Below are positions 1-14,500 of a DNA stretch of 64,000 bases, piece after piece. Below the pieces are notes generated by a model. It saw only the letters and a program-made list of their open reading frames with translations. It was not told the origin of the DNA and did not search any database. Both the position numbers and the translations under genes were made by a program. Position 1 is the stretch's first letter. The number at the start of each line of letters is the position of its first letter. The stretch comes from Tubiluchus corallicola (lineage: Eukaryota; Animalia; Priapulida), in assembly GCA_030141605.1 (NCBI GenBank), contig JAQGDQ010000018.1, positions 868,001-932,000 on the forward strand, in the 5' to 3' direction.

Positions 1-1559
1 ACGACCGTAATTTAGCAATTCAACTGTATCTGTTAAACTAAAACTATGAAAATTTTGACAGTGATAGCTTTTTATAAATGAATAATGTATGAACAAAATT
101 AATAGTGAAACCATTATTTTGAAGTAAAAAAAAACAAAGAGTTTGCCTATAACATTCATTATACTTTTTTTCAAAACGTGAACTTTGAAATGCAAAAGTT
201 AATATAATTTATAATGCTTTTTACTAAGAAAGCTGATTAAGTGCAATTAAATAATAAGAAGAATTACCTAAATTTTCTCTGTGACTTAAAATCAATGCAT
301 GATCACAAAAAAATCACAGTTAATTTCAATACACAGTGCATCACTGTGTGTGTCTTGTAGTATGCATAGTGACATTACAGTAATAACTACGTGACATTTC
401 AAAAACATTGGCAAATCAAAATAATACGATTAAGATATTCTTTTAAACTAACCTGAATATCTATCTACAGCCCATGAATTTACTGGGACAGGCACTTTGG
501 TGCCCAACAATAAATTTTTCAATCAACAACATTGCCTTGCTGATTTTAGCTGGATAGTGCGATGCAAACGCCAAAAACGTTTGAACCAGGCTTGTACTGC
601 ACCTCCGAATCTTTTTGGCTTTGTCTTCAGCAATTTTTAATCAGCTCTAACAACTTGGTAGCTGCCGTCTACAACTAATATCACAGGTGCTGGCCCCTTT
701 ATATTCTGCAACAATAATAAAAAAATAACAGACATTAATAAAATATGTTGATTGACTGATTTCAAAATAAAAAATAAATTAACAACCAATTATTATTCAT
801 TAGGTTGCAAATATGGAAATTTTAAAACAACGACTCCCTTGTGATTGTGTTTCACAGGCAACTGTGTTGAAAGTAAATTCAAAAATTAGAATAATTATTG
901 ATAAAACATTTATCATATTAGTCTAGCGTTATGTACTACATAATTTTAAAATTGATACTAGGTTATTCCACTTCTTTGAACAGGTGACTAACGTTTTAGG
1001 TGATTATAGAATAAAAGCAGAATTCTTATTTAAATTTCTAGTTTATCAGTACATCTGCTTATGTACAAGCTCATTCACAACTGACTAATTTTTTTTAACT
1101 AAAAGCAAAATTTGTAGTTATTATCAGTTTTTTTAAGAAAATAAGTGGCATGTCACACTAACAATGAATTTTTTTATTATTTTACGGCTTTATAATTGAT
1201 TAAATCACTTTCTGATTACAATTTGTATAATTGTGTTTTTTTCTAGAATATGTGCAACAGACTAAGTTTTATAACTAAAACTAAAATTTATATGTATCAC
1301 TTATGCTAAGAAAATACTTGATGCTGGCTAACACCTCAGTCAATTTTGTATTGTCTTACTGTTTTATAATTGGTTGAATCTCTTTTAGATTACATTTTGT
1401 ATAATTACGTATTTTTTTCTAGAAAGCATGAATAAGCCTTTAAATTATTTATCTCTTGAATTATTAAATACCAGCTACTACTATTGATTTTGAAAGTGTA
1501 TTTACGATAATTGATATAATTTGTATTTACCGATTGTGTATTAATGTTCTAATCAGTTT

Positions 1560-2100
1560 ATAAATACTGCACGCAAACGATGTGATCGCGTTAATCATGT
1601 CCGAGATAATCTTAGATAAAATTTTCAAAACTTCAACCGTCTAATTGAGTAAATTTATTGAATTAGTTGTTAGTGCGCATCTATTAATTTAACGTCGAGA
1701 CTTCACTAGTCAGACTCATTTACTTTGTTCGCGCTTTGAAGGACGGTCATGAAATTTATTTCTAGTGATATATTGCCTTGCCTTTTAATTTTACAGCACA
1801 CGCAAAGTCAAAGCTGATAATTTGAACAGCAACTGAAATGTCATTTTCTCACGCTATTCTGTCGTTTTGCTAGACTTATATGGGGCGCAAACCCTGTAAA
1901 AGGAGGCAACCAAGATAAACTGTTTTAATTAATCTGCCATTCTAATGCGTGGATAACCGGATATACGTTTAGCAAATTACTGGAGAAACGTTCATTGAGT
2001 GCTGCTTTAAGGATATCATTTTCAAGTTTCTTCTAGACAAAGTCTGATCGATCGTATGAAGAAACTGTTTAATTAAAATGTATTGATAACTATAAACTAA
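1560..2100 (-). mobile_element. Possible decayed hAT transposase C-terminal fragment
   Basis: Minus-strand remnants LKAALNERFS and S.LKLI..MRT...I..FA resemble the hAT dimerisation region; multiple stops. Confidence 0.3.
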
Positions 2101-2477
2101 CTTTCTATTTAAACAAACGTGCATTCATTGTGCATACTTTCTCCACAGTTAGAATTTTTTGTAGTTCGAAAATTTGGCGTGTATTTACTTGAATATAGAT
2201 GTGACGCCGCAACTGACATTGAATTCTTTACAATTGCTCAGCTGATCAATCATCGTATAGACCGCACTAGCGTGGCTGATGATATTGAATAACTATATTT
2301 ATATTCGTACACGTGTCTAAAAAGGAAACTATTCAATATGAGTTATTGATATTGTGGTTAGATGTGTATTTGTGTACATAATAAGTTTCTGAAAATGCTT
2401 GGTTGACATAGCAATATTGTTGATCATTGGTTAAAATAAACATGGCAGTAATTTAGCGTTTTTTTGCCTCATTGTAG

Positions 2478-2573
2478 CTACACGCCACCAAGTATCTGTC
2501 CAGGCAGTACATTTACCGATTGCATGATGAGATGGCCAACGTTATTAGTCGCAAGCCAAGAATGAATGCTAAG
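2478..2573 (+). CDS. MEAK7: MEAK7 coding exon (first visible)
   Basis: tgtag|...aag|gtacga; LHATKYLSRQYIYRLHDEMANVISRKPRMNAK resembles MEAK7 'NHVGEALPPEMVTRLYDGM'. Confidence 0.75.
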
Positions 2574-5500
2574 GTACGATGGCTTCCTGCTAACCTAATT
2601 TCTTTGTGAAGCCCAGTGCTACATACCTCAATCAACGCTTGATGATGGTTGCTTTTTCACTAGGCCATGCAAATGTTGTTAGGATGCATTGATCATTACC
2701 TGACATGTTCGAATCATTAGCATCATTAGCTTATTTATAATGGTGTTTGCTGTACTGCTACAATCGTTTTGTGTTTTATTAGAACTGAGTAAACCTCTAT
2801 ATAATCGTCATCATTGTCGTTGTCATTTTCGTTATCATCATCTTCCTCCCTCACCATCTTCACCTTCACCCACCATCTCCATCATCATCCCCCCAATTGT
2901 CTATATAGTATCATGCATTCATTAAGTACTTAGGTTATTTGAGCTTTTGCAGAAATTTAGGATTATATGCATTACTAAAATGTACACAAACACCAGTTTC
3001 AAACTGTGAATTTGTGTTCGTTATTTTAAAAATGGAAAAGAAACTTGTCTGCCATTTAAAGAACAACAAAGCTCTACTTTAGTTATTTTGAATTGATTAC
3101 TGTATCAGCTTCCGTTAGCTGCAAGTAAAATATCGGGCATCGTTAATTTTGATATTTCGTTTACATTGTGTTCCCTCTGTAAAATGCACCCTAACTGTCA
3201 TTACAGACTAATGGACTGGGCTTTTGATAACGGATGTGGCGGTTGTCCGAAAGGAAGTACAAGCAACTGCATCTTTTGCGTCGATGTTAATTTTTTTTCA
3301 AAATTCTATGTGAAGTGTGATTTTATCAGAAGTTATTGAATCTAAAATTTTTAACCTTGCAAGGGTATGAAACCTTTCAATAGTAGAAGTCGTCAGAGGA
3401 TACTTCCAAATGAAAATGAATGAACTTCACTTTCATTCTCATTACCACTAGTCATAAACTGCTAGGTCTCAAAGCTGATTTCTCAAGTAGAGAAAGAAAT
3501 TAGTCCCACTCCGAGGATTAACGTTCTGTAGTCTATTTATCCACTATCGACGACCTTCAAATTTCTTTAATGATTAGTTTTTTTTTGTTTTGAAGCTGCT
3601 TTTCTATTGTCGATATTTATATCTCATGAGAGAATAAATTATTGCTAATCATTTCTGGGCAAGAATTATGTCCTTGGAATTATCTGTTTACAGCAGTATC
3701 AGTTGAAGGGGGATCGTTGGAAGGTGTAATTGTTTCTTGTTTTGTAGGTCTCATATGAAGCATTTGTGGTTAGCTTGATGCACATCTTAAAGGGATCATT
3801 AAGTCAGAGGGGACACATTGTTCGCAGGCTAGCATCTGACAACAGAGAAACTACTGCCTCTGAAGAATTAATTAATGTAAGTGCGCGTAAATGTTTATAT
3901 GATGACTACTAGCTGTCGTTGTAGTTGCCTATTGTAACCTGCTGATTTGAAAGAAGTGATATTGGAGCTTCCATTAAAGGATGAAATAGACAAACCAAAA
4001 AATTTTGAGAGCTTTTCTGCAGGCTTAGACAATATCAATTCTTAAATTAGCCAGCTCCTACAGAATAAACAGACTTGTTCACTAATGTATTGCCTTGGAA
4101 ATCAGTACTTGCATATGTATAATGTTTTAAGCACAGTTGCAAGTGGACAATTTGGACAATTGCTCAATTAAGCTGCTATCATAAGTTGTCGCTTGTTGTA
4201 TGACTGCATCTGGCTGTTGACTCACAGGTTAGTTATGTGCTTTTTCACTTTTATGCGCTTTGTTCTGACTAGTGCTTATTTGCTCACAGAATACCGTAGA
4301 GAACAAAAAAGCTCTTAAACACAAAGGCATCTTACTTTGCTTTTAATCCAGATATTGTCACCAACATCTGTTCCGTCGAGTCATTTTTTGGCGCTCTGCC
4401 ACGAAAATTTCTCTGAAGCTGTTGCATAACTCTGCAGATTTTGCGTAAGATGTATCATGTAGTAAGATGGCTTCACACTTTTTATTACTCTCTCATTTAA
4501 GAATTGGCAATCACGGGAGGAGTGCAGACCTCGAAGACAGCTGTTTTGGGCAGAACAAAAAATTGAGAAAACAAAGGCTGTCCCGTACTGTCTGTGTCAT
4601 AAAATGTTTAAATGAAGTAGAAAATACAAAAATTCATTAACCTTTTTTCAGTCATTTTGTATTCTTGCAAAATTCAAGTAATAACATTCTGCCAATATGT
4701 AAATAAATCAAAAGAAATGAAGGAAAAGTAATATTTTTGGTATTTTATTTGGAATTTTTGGATACTACAGATTATGGAGATTAGAAGCTTTATATGGATT
4801 TTCTTTTTTTTTAACTAATCCTGTTCAGATTTTTAAATCAATTAATATTTATTCACTGCCACCTCACATTTTTCGTGAAAACTATGTTTAAAACCAAAAA
4901 ATGCCAAACCACAACATCGTTAATTAAATCAGTTTTATCTAAACTAGTTGGCAGATTATTCAGTGTTTAACAATTGATTTCTAACTTATCTGGCTTTCAC
5001 AGCCTCAGCACTGACTGTGTTAATGGGTTTTTAATGGACTATTCACCAGCTGCACGGTTAGGGGTTTGTCCACTTATTAACATTATTGTGTAATAAATTT
5101 ATTATGTTTGGCATTGTTTGGTATTTTTCGTCTTTCAATTACTTTGTTTTCAGTTTTTGAAACTTTAATGTAGTTAAAGTTAAAAGTGTAAAACATAATG
5201 TAACAAATAATGCTGTATACTTTTAATAGTAAACAGCACCAGTGTTACTTTCTTATAACAAGCAATATATACTAGTGGACATTTTTGACTGTGTCAAAAA
5301 CAGTGGTAAATTCTGCTTCTATGACAGGAGATGCTTAATGTAAAGCTTTTGTTTTTACACTAAAAATGTTTTTCAAAATAGTTAGTTTAATATATGTTGT
5401 GCTTGACATTAAAAGTTTCAGTGAATTTGGAACTTATTACATGTAAAAAATGAATTCTGTTCTACTCTATACTTTCTCGCCAGTGGTAGGTAACTCAAGG

Positions 5501-8500
5501 CAGTCGGAACTTGTCACTTTTTCACTAGTGGCCCGTAATTGAAGGCTGTGAAGCGCATAATATTGCTTCCGTTGAATTTGCCGTGTTTGAGAACTTAGGA
5601 ATTGCATTTCATTTTAGTAAAATGGAAAGTATAGTTTTTTGACTGGTGACCAGTCACCAATCTAATTAACAAAGTCCTTTTTGCTTTTCTTTGTAAGCAA
5701 GCACTCAACATGATCACACAGGTAGTTTCTCCACAAGTTCTTAGTGAGTTGCAGAAATTTACAAGTATTACATTTACACATTCTAGCCAATTTTAAGGAA
5801 AATAGGAATTAAATAGCATTTTAATTTTGGAAATTGGCTAAACTTGGCAGAAGCATTTGCTATAACAGATCTGCACGAAATTGTTTGTTTAACAACCGTA
5901 ATAGCGACGTTGCAAACATTGTGTGACGTCACGCGTGTTGCGCCATGCCTAGAACCCAGTTTGAGATGCGAGATTTCCGCTATTTTGCATGGAATTAGTC
6001 GATTGATGTTCACGCTCCTTTAGGTGTTTTCAGAAAAGACTTGCATCGTTTTGTAGCCCAGCTCTTTTTCTTTCTAAAGAGCTATAAAACTCCCTAAAGC
6101 GTTCCCATAACGTGCCCGACGGGCGCTTTTTCTCGACGATGTTTTGCGAAAATTTGACAAATTGAAATCGGACTTCTTATATTTAACTTGTGATATTGAG
6201 GTCCACCGTCCACCAAATTCGGCAAAACTTATGTCATTCGATTCGTCTCATCGAGACCTTTGATATATGGCACGCTGCTGTTACTCCACACTGGAAGCAT
6301 TCGTGTCCCCGACCCCCTCGATTTTTATTTTTGCCCTCTACCAAAAAATTTTCTCATGCAAGTGGTTCATATTCAACCATGCACAACAACTAAGCGCCAC
6401 CTAGCTGTATACGAAAAAATGTGGCTCTAGCTCAAAAGCTGTAATAGGAGATCCAATTTAACGAGAAAAAGAAGCCTTGTTAGCTCCGTGTCTTTGACCT
6501 GAGAGTGACGAGTTTTATAAAAACATAAATCCCCTGTCTGGGGAGTGTGCCCTGTGAGTTTTGTAAGCCTAGCCCAGTGCATGTGCAAGTTATTAAAGAA
6601 CAAAAAGGCACAAAGAAATAATAAAAACTGGGGTAAATCAATCAGATTCTAGTAGTAGGTAGAATGGTAGTACAATTGTAATAAAATATTTTTTATTTTT
6701 TCATGGCAGTTTTTTCAAAAATTATTGCAATAATGTATTTGAAACATTTTCAGAATTGTATGTTTAGTTTTTAATTTCTAGAGCATTTCTAACTTTTGGT
6801 ATCCATAAAGACACACATAGTTTAAATAAATAAAATTGGCGGAATGTATCCTCTAATCATGCTTTCTTTATTCGGCTTTGTTAACAAAGGTAGTTAACAA
6901 GAAATGAAGACTAACAAGTAGGACTTAAGAATCACTAGAATTTCTGCGTTATCCACTAATGTTATTAACAGTGATTAATCTCTTAAGTCACCTAAGTTAA
7001 TGAGGCTGTTTGTTAGGAAGCCATCATCTAGCTTGTGAATGGCTGTTTGATTACTGCAGTTTTTCTTCGTCTGTAGTGTTGAGTGCTTTGCTTGTGTGAA
7101 AGTTTAATTATATTTGACGAGCAAATTGTCCAAACATTGTAAAGAGAAATCTGTCAAAATCTGATTGATCATTGATCATGTTTTTAGCTTCTACTGTGAC
7201 TGGTTTTTTTAACCACAACTACAGTGAACTACTGTGTAGACTAAAGTTTGACAAAGTAGTAAAAATGCATCTGCCGCTGATGTCTAATAGTGAATGATTG
7301 CTGGTATTTGCTAGTTAGCCAGGATAATATTTTATGCTTTGCATGAATGTGTTGTAACTGCCTAGGTTCGATATATTTACTCTTGGCTTTCATGTGTCGT
7401 ACTAAATGAGTTCTTTACTTCCATGATAGTGTGATACAATCATACGGTTCAAACGTCCCAGCTAGTTTAGTGACGTTCTAAGGGGGTTATCCTTGTCAGT
7501 GTGTCAGCTTCCGATCTTGCTACAATCATTCGATTCGACATTGACTAGATGTTGCCACTAAATGATGGATTCCAATTTGCAGTATGCTAAAGCACAAAAA
7601 ATAACCATCTAAGATAAAAAACCTGCAAGGTTTTTTAAAGAAGAAAAGGGAATTTTAAAGAAGTCACATAAAACTGCATACTAAATTATATTACTTTGCA
7701 TTATGCTTACCTGTTTGAAAGAGACATGTAGCTAAAGAAAATAAATTCTTAATCATTTAAAACATTTGTGCCATGTGGTGAAATGTCACTGTTTCATTAT
7801 CCCAGTGTACACTAAAAAGATCACTGGTTCACCAAAAAAACTATGTTATTAATCTTATTGGCAAAATAAAGTAATTTATATTTTTGCTTAGTTAGTGAAG
7901 TTAGTTAGCTACTTTGTTAGTTAGCACTACAGATACTCTGATTATTTTTTGAACTTTGGGCAAAGTTGTCTAAATTTGTTTCAGTTGAGTTACTTTTAAA
8001 TTAGTTACAGCCTGAACCTGAGGGTCATTGCGGGAGTTTAAATTTTCAAGCTTTGCTAATACAACTGCTTGCAATCAAAAAAAGGGAATCTTGCAGTTGT
8101 TTTTTATAAGCGCTACTATAGGTTTTACTGCTATAAAAATTTAAAAGATTGTAGGTACTACATGAAATTCTCATTATTTGCTTTACCATTAACGAAAAAC
8201 AGCGAATGCGTCATTAAAAACAAACCAGTTCCTTTATTTTGATGTTCTGCAAACAAATCCACAGCTTCATTAGATGACACTCTGTTTGCACCAATTCCCT
8301 CTTTACAAATGCCTGTATTTGAAGATCTTTGATATGCTACACTCAACCAAATGCAACTTTGTGAAGCATCCATTGAACATAGCAGCTCAAAATTGACATT
8401 AACTTCCTAGGCGCATTCATGAACGGTTGTTTTTCCAGAATATTACTAGTTGAGAAACTAACAAAAGAGCCTGTGAGTCTGCAAAGCAAAACCTATGATC

Positions 8501-11500
8501 GCGAGAAATAAATGTAAGTGCCTTGAAATAATAATATAATAATTAACCATAAAAACTTTCATGTTAGTTGAAGAAAAGTTTGTTATCACAAATTCGTCTG
8601 AACTTGGAGATGTCCTGCCGTCTGCTTCAGACTAGCCTGTCACACATTTCACATGTGACACCCTATTCAAATTTTGTGCATCTTTGACGTCCAAATAGCA
8701 ATATAGCTTTGGTCGTGGGTAAAACTTAGCTAGATATATGAAACTTATATATGAACATAATCTGGAAAGTGACGGTAGGTTTGTTAATCCTCAATCTTCA
8801 TGCCACGAGCATTATGGCTGTTGGTACTATGGGTGACAGAACATGGAGACCAGAGATCAACCATGGAATTTAGTATTAATCACTAATTAATAATAGTTGC
8901 AACTCACCAGTATGGTTCTGGGCTTCAAACACACTTCAAATAATTTATCCTACCTCTCAGTGACAATAGAATAAATGACAAGACAAGGCTTGGCATGTCA
9001 ACTCCAAACACAGTTTTTAGATGAGCAGAACTTCACTTTTACATTAACAATCAATCCCAATTGTCGGAGGTGGATGGCTCTTGGTAAATGGGTGTTGCAC
9101 GAGTGATCAGAATCCTATATGCTCTTCCACACCCCCTCCAGATTTGTTCCATCACGTCTCACGTCTACTGGAGCACTACTCAGTTTTCAAAATTGTAAAT
9201 GAAGTAGAAAGGGGAAATGTAAACTTCTAACATTTGTCAAATCTCGCCTGCTGTGTTTCTCATGTCAGCCTATTTTTCATCAGCTACATATCTAATCTCT
9301 CTCTTTCTATGCCTCTGACTCTACACATTTTACCACACCCTTGTTGCAAGCCAGACATTTGCTGTGCCTCTCGCCTGCTTCTCCCAGCTCATTAAGAAAG
9401 ACCTCATATTTACTGGTATTTTCATGGCACATACTGACATACTCTATATGGCAAAGTTGATCTGAGATCTCGCCCTAGTAATAGGAATACACAACACAAT
9501 CAGTCAAAGCCACTTATCCACTACTAATGATACTGATATATCACTATATTTGAATGCACACCTGTAGAATATCCAAAACACACACATCTACCACACCTTT
9601 GCGCCTACATTTCGGGCCATTTGTCTCACAACTACTTCCCATTGGAACACTTAGTCGACGAATGCGCATCCTTGACCTTGCTCAAAGGAGTTGCTAATGT
9701 TGTGAGCATTGAGGACGGAACACGCGCATTCAACCACACTCTATTTAATCCTGCGAAATTAAAAGAATACACACTTTCGTCAAAGTTATTTTGAATTTAT
9801 AATCATTGCATCATTAAAAAGCTCGTTCCCATCCAGTTTTACTAACCACTAGTAACAGCAGAAATACTGTATGTACAAATGTCGCACTCACTCAATTATC
9901 AGTTTAATTTACTGCCAAAGTGGACGAGAAAAATTTAAATTCAGCCTCTTGTTTAGTATAATAATCTGTAAAAAATTTTGTCAACACGGTTAATTTAAAA
10001 ATACCAAGATAAAGGAACGCTGCTTTCTTTGGCGTGTACACATAGCTCGCTTCAAATGAGGCAATTGCGTATGTTATTGCCATCAATGTAGACCCACGTT
10101 CGGCTAATGAACGTTCATTAGCGATAGGTTAACAATACACGGGAATTGGTCGTAATGAACCCTTGGGTAGCAGGGTTTCTTTTCATATAATTATGATGTT
10201 CACGCTCTATTTATTAGCTGTTGTGGCTGGGCAAATGTGCGTTGTACTGTCAATGACAATTAAAGGAAAACCGGACCCAATCTTAAGCTATAGCTCAAAG
10301 CAATCTAGTCTACAAAATATTGAAAAGGAACATTCCATTATTCCAAGAATGATTTGCGTGAAAGAATTATTAGCATAGAAACAGTTTTGCGTTCGCGCGG
10401 TTAGTTCTTCGCAGTTACATGCATTTCGCCTTTCGCTAGGTAGATGCATGGGCACTAACGCCCGTATCTCGGAAGCGCGTTTCACAAAAGACAAGTGCTG
10501 TACCCTCTCATTTCAGTTGTTCAGTTGTTACGTTAAACTAAAAAATTTTCAAGTTTTTGTTTGTCACACATGAAATGTACGAAAAAATGTACACCACTGA
10601 ATCTCTGATTGCCAGTTGGCAACCAAACACCGCCGCAGCTGCAGCTGTGGTGTGGGCGGAGAGTTGTCGCGAAAAACAGCAAGTGGTGACTGCCGGTGTT
10701 GTAATTGATATGAGAATAAAAGGTTGATGGGCTGGACTTTTGAAACAGATCATAACTGTGTACATCTTATTGCATTTGGTGCCTTTTGTACGCTGTTTCA
10801 GTTTCAATACGCGTATCATTGTACTATAGTAAATATAAATACAGGCTGAAGATTTTGCCAGCCACATGGGGCAAAAGCGGTTAGTATCCCTTGCCCTGCT
10901 AAATTTTCAAGCAGAGGCTGCTGCTTGCATGAAATTTCGAAAGAAAAATTTAAAATATGCGGTGACAGCGTCACCAGTTTTAGAAATACATACAGTAGTG
11001 TATTAACAGGCTGCACAATTTTGTGTTTGAAAGATATAGGTCCGTTGGCTTCTTTAGAGAGTAATGGAGCCGTACGTTACTCAATACGTTGTTTTTTGTG
11101 CAGTGTTAAAGAGCAACAGCGTTCTGAGTAGTAGCTGTATGACCTAGGTGGCACCTGGCTGTTCATTAGTCCTAACTCGGACTGTCGCTGTCGGTACGTG
11201 GGCAGGCATTTAGTCGTATATGTGAGGGTGTATGTAACGTGACAGGGTGCATATGTGTGTTTTTATCCGCACGATAAGATCAAAATCTTATCGTGCGCAA
11301 GAATGACGTGTGAGTAAGACTTGGAAACTCACTGTGTGTGTTTTTTTAGATCAGAAGGTCAAAAGTCAAGCTCATCTGTTTAAAAAATGTCAAAATAAAT
11401 TTTGGTTTCATGTAAAGGTCTGGGTCTGCGCCTATATTGAATCAATTTCAGTATTCTCTAGTTTGTATTGCTGTAGTGTGTTCAATTATGTTTTGATAAT

Positions 11501-14500
11501 AATGGAAGTAACGAAAAAAGGCGAATTTTTTAAGTGGCTTCTCTTGAAGTAGAGAGCTGTGTCAGGGTTATTATAAGTTCGTGAACACTGTGCAGCAAAT
11601 TTCAGTCATCGCGTAATAGGCCTAATAACTTACCAGTATGTCAACTAATGAATAAAAGCCATTAGCTGCCGATAATTACTTAATTAGCCAGAATGCAGCA
11701 CTATAGAGAAAGGCATTTATCTTATTAAGCCTGGAAATCACGAGAAAGATATGAGCACAGTCGATAGTTAACTGCCTAGTTAAACATCCAAGCCAGTTCT
11801 AATATGTATGTATGCATATTAAGCGCTATATTATGTCATTGGTGATTCAAGTAGTGTATAGTGTTTTTGTCCAGTTCGGACTTTACTTGGCCACTGGACT
11901 GAAAACAGCATTTACGTGAGTTGTTGCACGAATGTTCAGAACATTTGCACTGATTTTGTTTTTGCGTCATGGCCATTAGCACTGACTCCGTCCTCTTCCC
12001 TAAACTTCATAATAATCATTTTTTACTGTAGCACTATTCCGTATATGCGATGCCATCTGTGTGTCGTTCTACTCCAGCATTCATAAGCGTTGTATAAAAC
12101 ACTTATTACGGTATCAAAAAGCACTCAAAAGCAATTAAAAAACCAATTGGATGTAGGCCTACATTAAACAAAGTGATTAAATCCTGCGTGCTAGTGGTGA
12201 CTAGTTCTATGAAGGACCAACATCTATACGAGATTACGACATGATGATATTTCGATCATTCATGATTCATTACAAGTGCATGGCATCTCGGCAGTGCAGT
12301 GTGTTGTAAAGTTGTAATATTCGTAAGACCCTAAGTCACATAAAACTGTAAAATGCTGTGTGAAAAGGATGAAACCACATTTTTCTACAATATCGAAGCA
12401 ATAAATCTCTACATCGTGTCCGGTGAAAGTTAAACTAGAATTGAAATACTATGAATGGTCATTGAAATACGTGTCAAGTTTGGGCCATCTCTATCGCTAT
12501 TCTCATTGATTAAAAGTCAGACACTATGTGCAGTTTTTTTTATTATTATAACAATAAAACGAGGAATGGGATTCGAATACGCAGAAGTTAGTGGCGAAAT
12601 TAGATGTGCATCGGACGATGAGCCGTTGATGATAAATTGAAACGTTTTTTCTACTGGGCACACTGCATTCATGCGTGTAGCAGACAACATTTTTGCCACA
12701 GATTGAATTGGTACGGCGCATACATGGCAATACCGCACTTGGAATGCTTAAAAATCATTTAGATTCTGTAGTGATTTGCAACGTGTATACTTGCTTTAAG
12801 AAACCTTTCATCATGGTTAATTTGTTGATTAAACATTTTTGAGGGCTGATGAGACTGCATGCTTAATGAACAGATTTAAATTAATGATACAAGGTACCCT
12901 ATACAATATGTTGAAAGTCACTGCAAAATCTTCCACCACCATTCACTAAACGAAAACGTACTTCAGCCAGACAATACTATCTTATCATTGTGCTTATGGC
13001 TTATGCCACCATGATAACTGACTATATTGATTGAGGGTTTGCCTAGTTAATTAAGTCTATATCTCCAAACAAAGTCATACAGTTATTTATAATGAGGCCT
13101 CTCTAAATTAACTAGTTGAGCTCGATCACAGACGGTCTCAACGAGCACGTACTGTCTTGCTATAGAGTTCGTCCTTATTGGTTTAGTATACGTATCGTGC
13201 AGATTATAGCGAAAAACAAAATTATTTTGAACGTCATGAAAAGCGTAATGCACAGCCATGAATCCGCGTATAATCTTTGCTTTCTTATATTTTATAAATG
13301 AAAATTACACTAAGTAACACACATACTCGCACACGCATGTATTGCAAGATGTGATTAATTAAAAATAACTTAGAAATTGTGAATTGATGATTCGTAATAC
13401 AAGTTATTGAATCAAGCACTTCACATACTACAATAAAGTACACTTTTTAACTAATTTAGCTAAACTGAACTGGAACCAAATATATCTTACCACAAACATA
13501 AAAATTGAATGAAACATTCCCATAAGTTAGGCGTTACATTATACACGTATATGAACTACGAGCAAAGTTATCATATCGAACAATCAGTTCTTGTATATGA
13601 ACATTCCTGTTGAAGGCAAGTTTAAAATTCGGCTTGATACTTTATATACATTACCTTGACATGGCAGCTTTGCAGTTTCCGTAAAAGGAAAGCAGCAAAT
13701 CTAGAGTGTTCTTGTTTAAAAGTACTGTAGTGATTCCAACATGTACATATTTCTTAGAGATTCTGTTAAAAGAGTCATGTTAGAGACAGTTTTTAACAGA
13801 AATAGAAACGTTTGTAGCATAAGCACAAGCCGATTTGAGCGTATAGAACTGATTTCATTGCAGAAAACAGTTAAGATTCCATAGATTCACTGTTGCCAGA
13901 CGGCACCAAAAGATATAAAAATACTGTCACACAAGCTGTCAGTTAGTTAGTGCTTCATAAACATTGAAGTGTTACTGTGTTAGGTCTCTGAACCCTGTCG
14001 CAATCAGAACTGTGGCAGTGGTCATTTATGTGCCAACGCGGACGCTTTTTTAAGCATTTTGTTTCTAAAAGCCAGCTTATACGCGTTCAAAATGTATACA
14101 GTTCATAAAAGTACAATTGGGTGGTGAACTCGAAAGAAAAGTTTTTAATAAACTTAAATGGAAAACAAATTAGTTCTACTGCGTATATTCGTATGTCCAG
14201 TTACTCTGCAACTTACTCACAATTAGAATTTCAATTAGGAACGCATATTAGCGTAAGTTTGGAGAGAGAAAGAGAGAATCATACAATTTTTCGGATCAGG
14301 CGACATCATTTTCTTAAAACTAAAGATTTTTTTCTGCAAACCCTTCATAGTCTTTTTCAGTAATTCTGATGATGTTTTACTCTGTACGCTTGTATTAATC
14401 AACTTTTGTATTCATTTAGGGTAGTGATACTTTTGCATCGCATTAATGTCCATGACAACCAAAATGCATCAATTTTGTTTTATTTCAAAGAGACAGAAAC

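Noticed and set aside
1880-1918. ATGGGG start as the missing myristoylated N-terminal MEAK7 exon
   Set aside because: Hits a stop after 12 codons, has no donor and no resemblance to the MEAK7 N-terminus.
8158-8515. 71-aa minus-strand ORF and exon-like plus-strand segment in the large MEAK7 intron
   Set aside because: No recognisable homology; the plus-strand candidate has stops in the needed phase.
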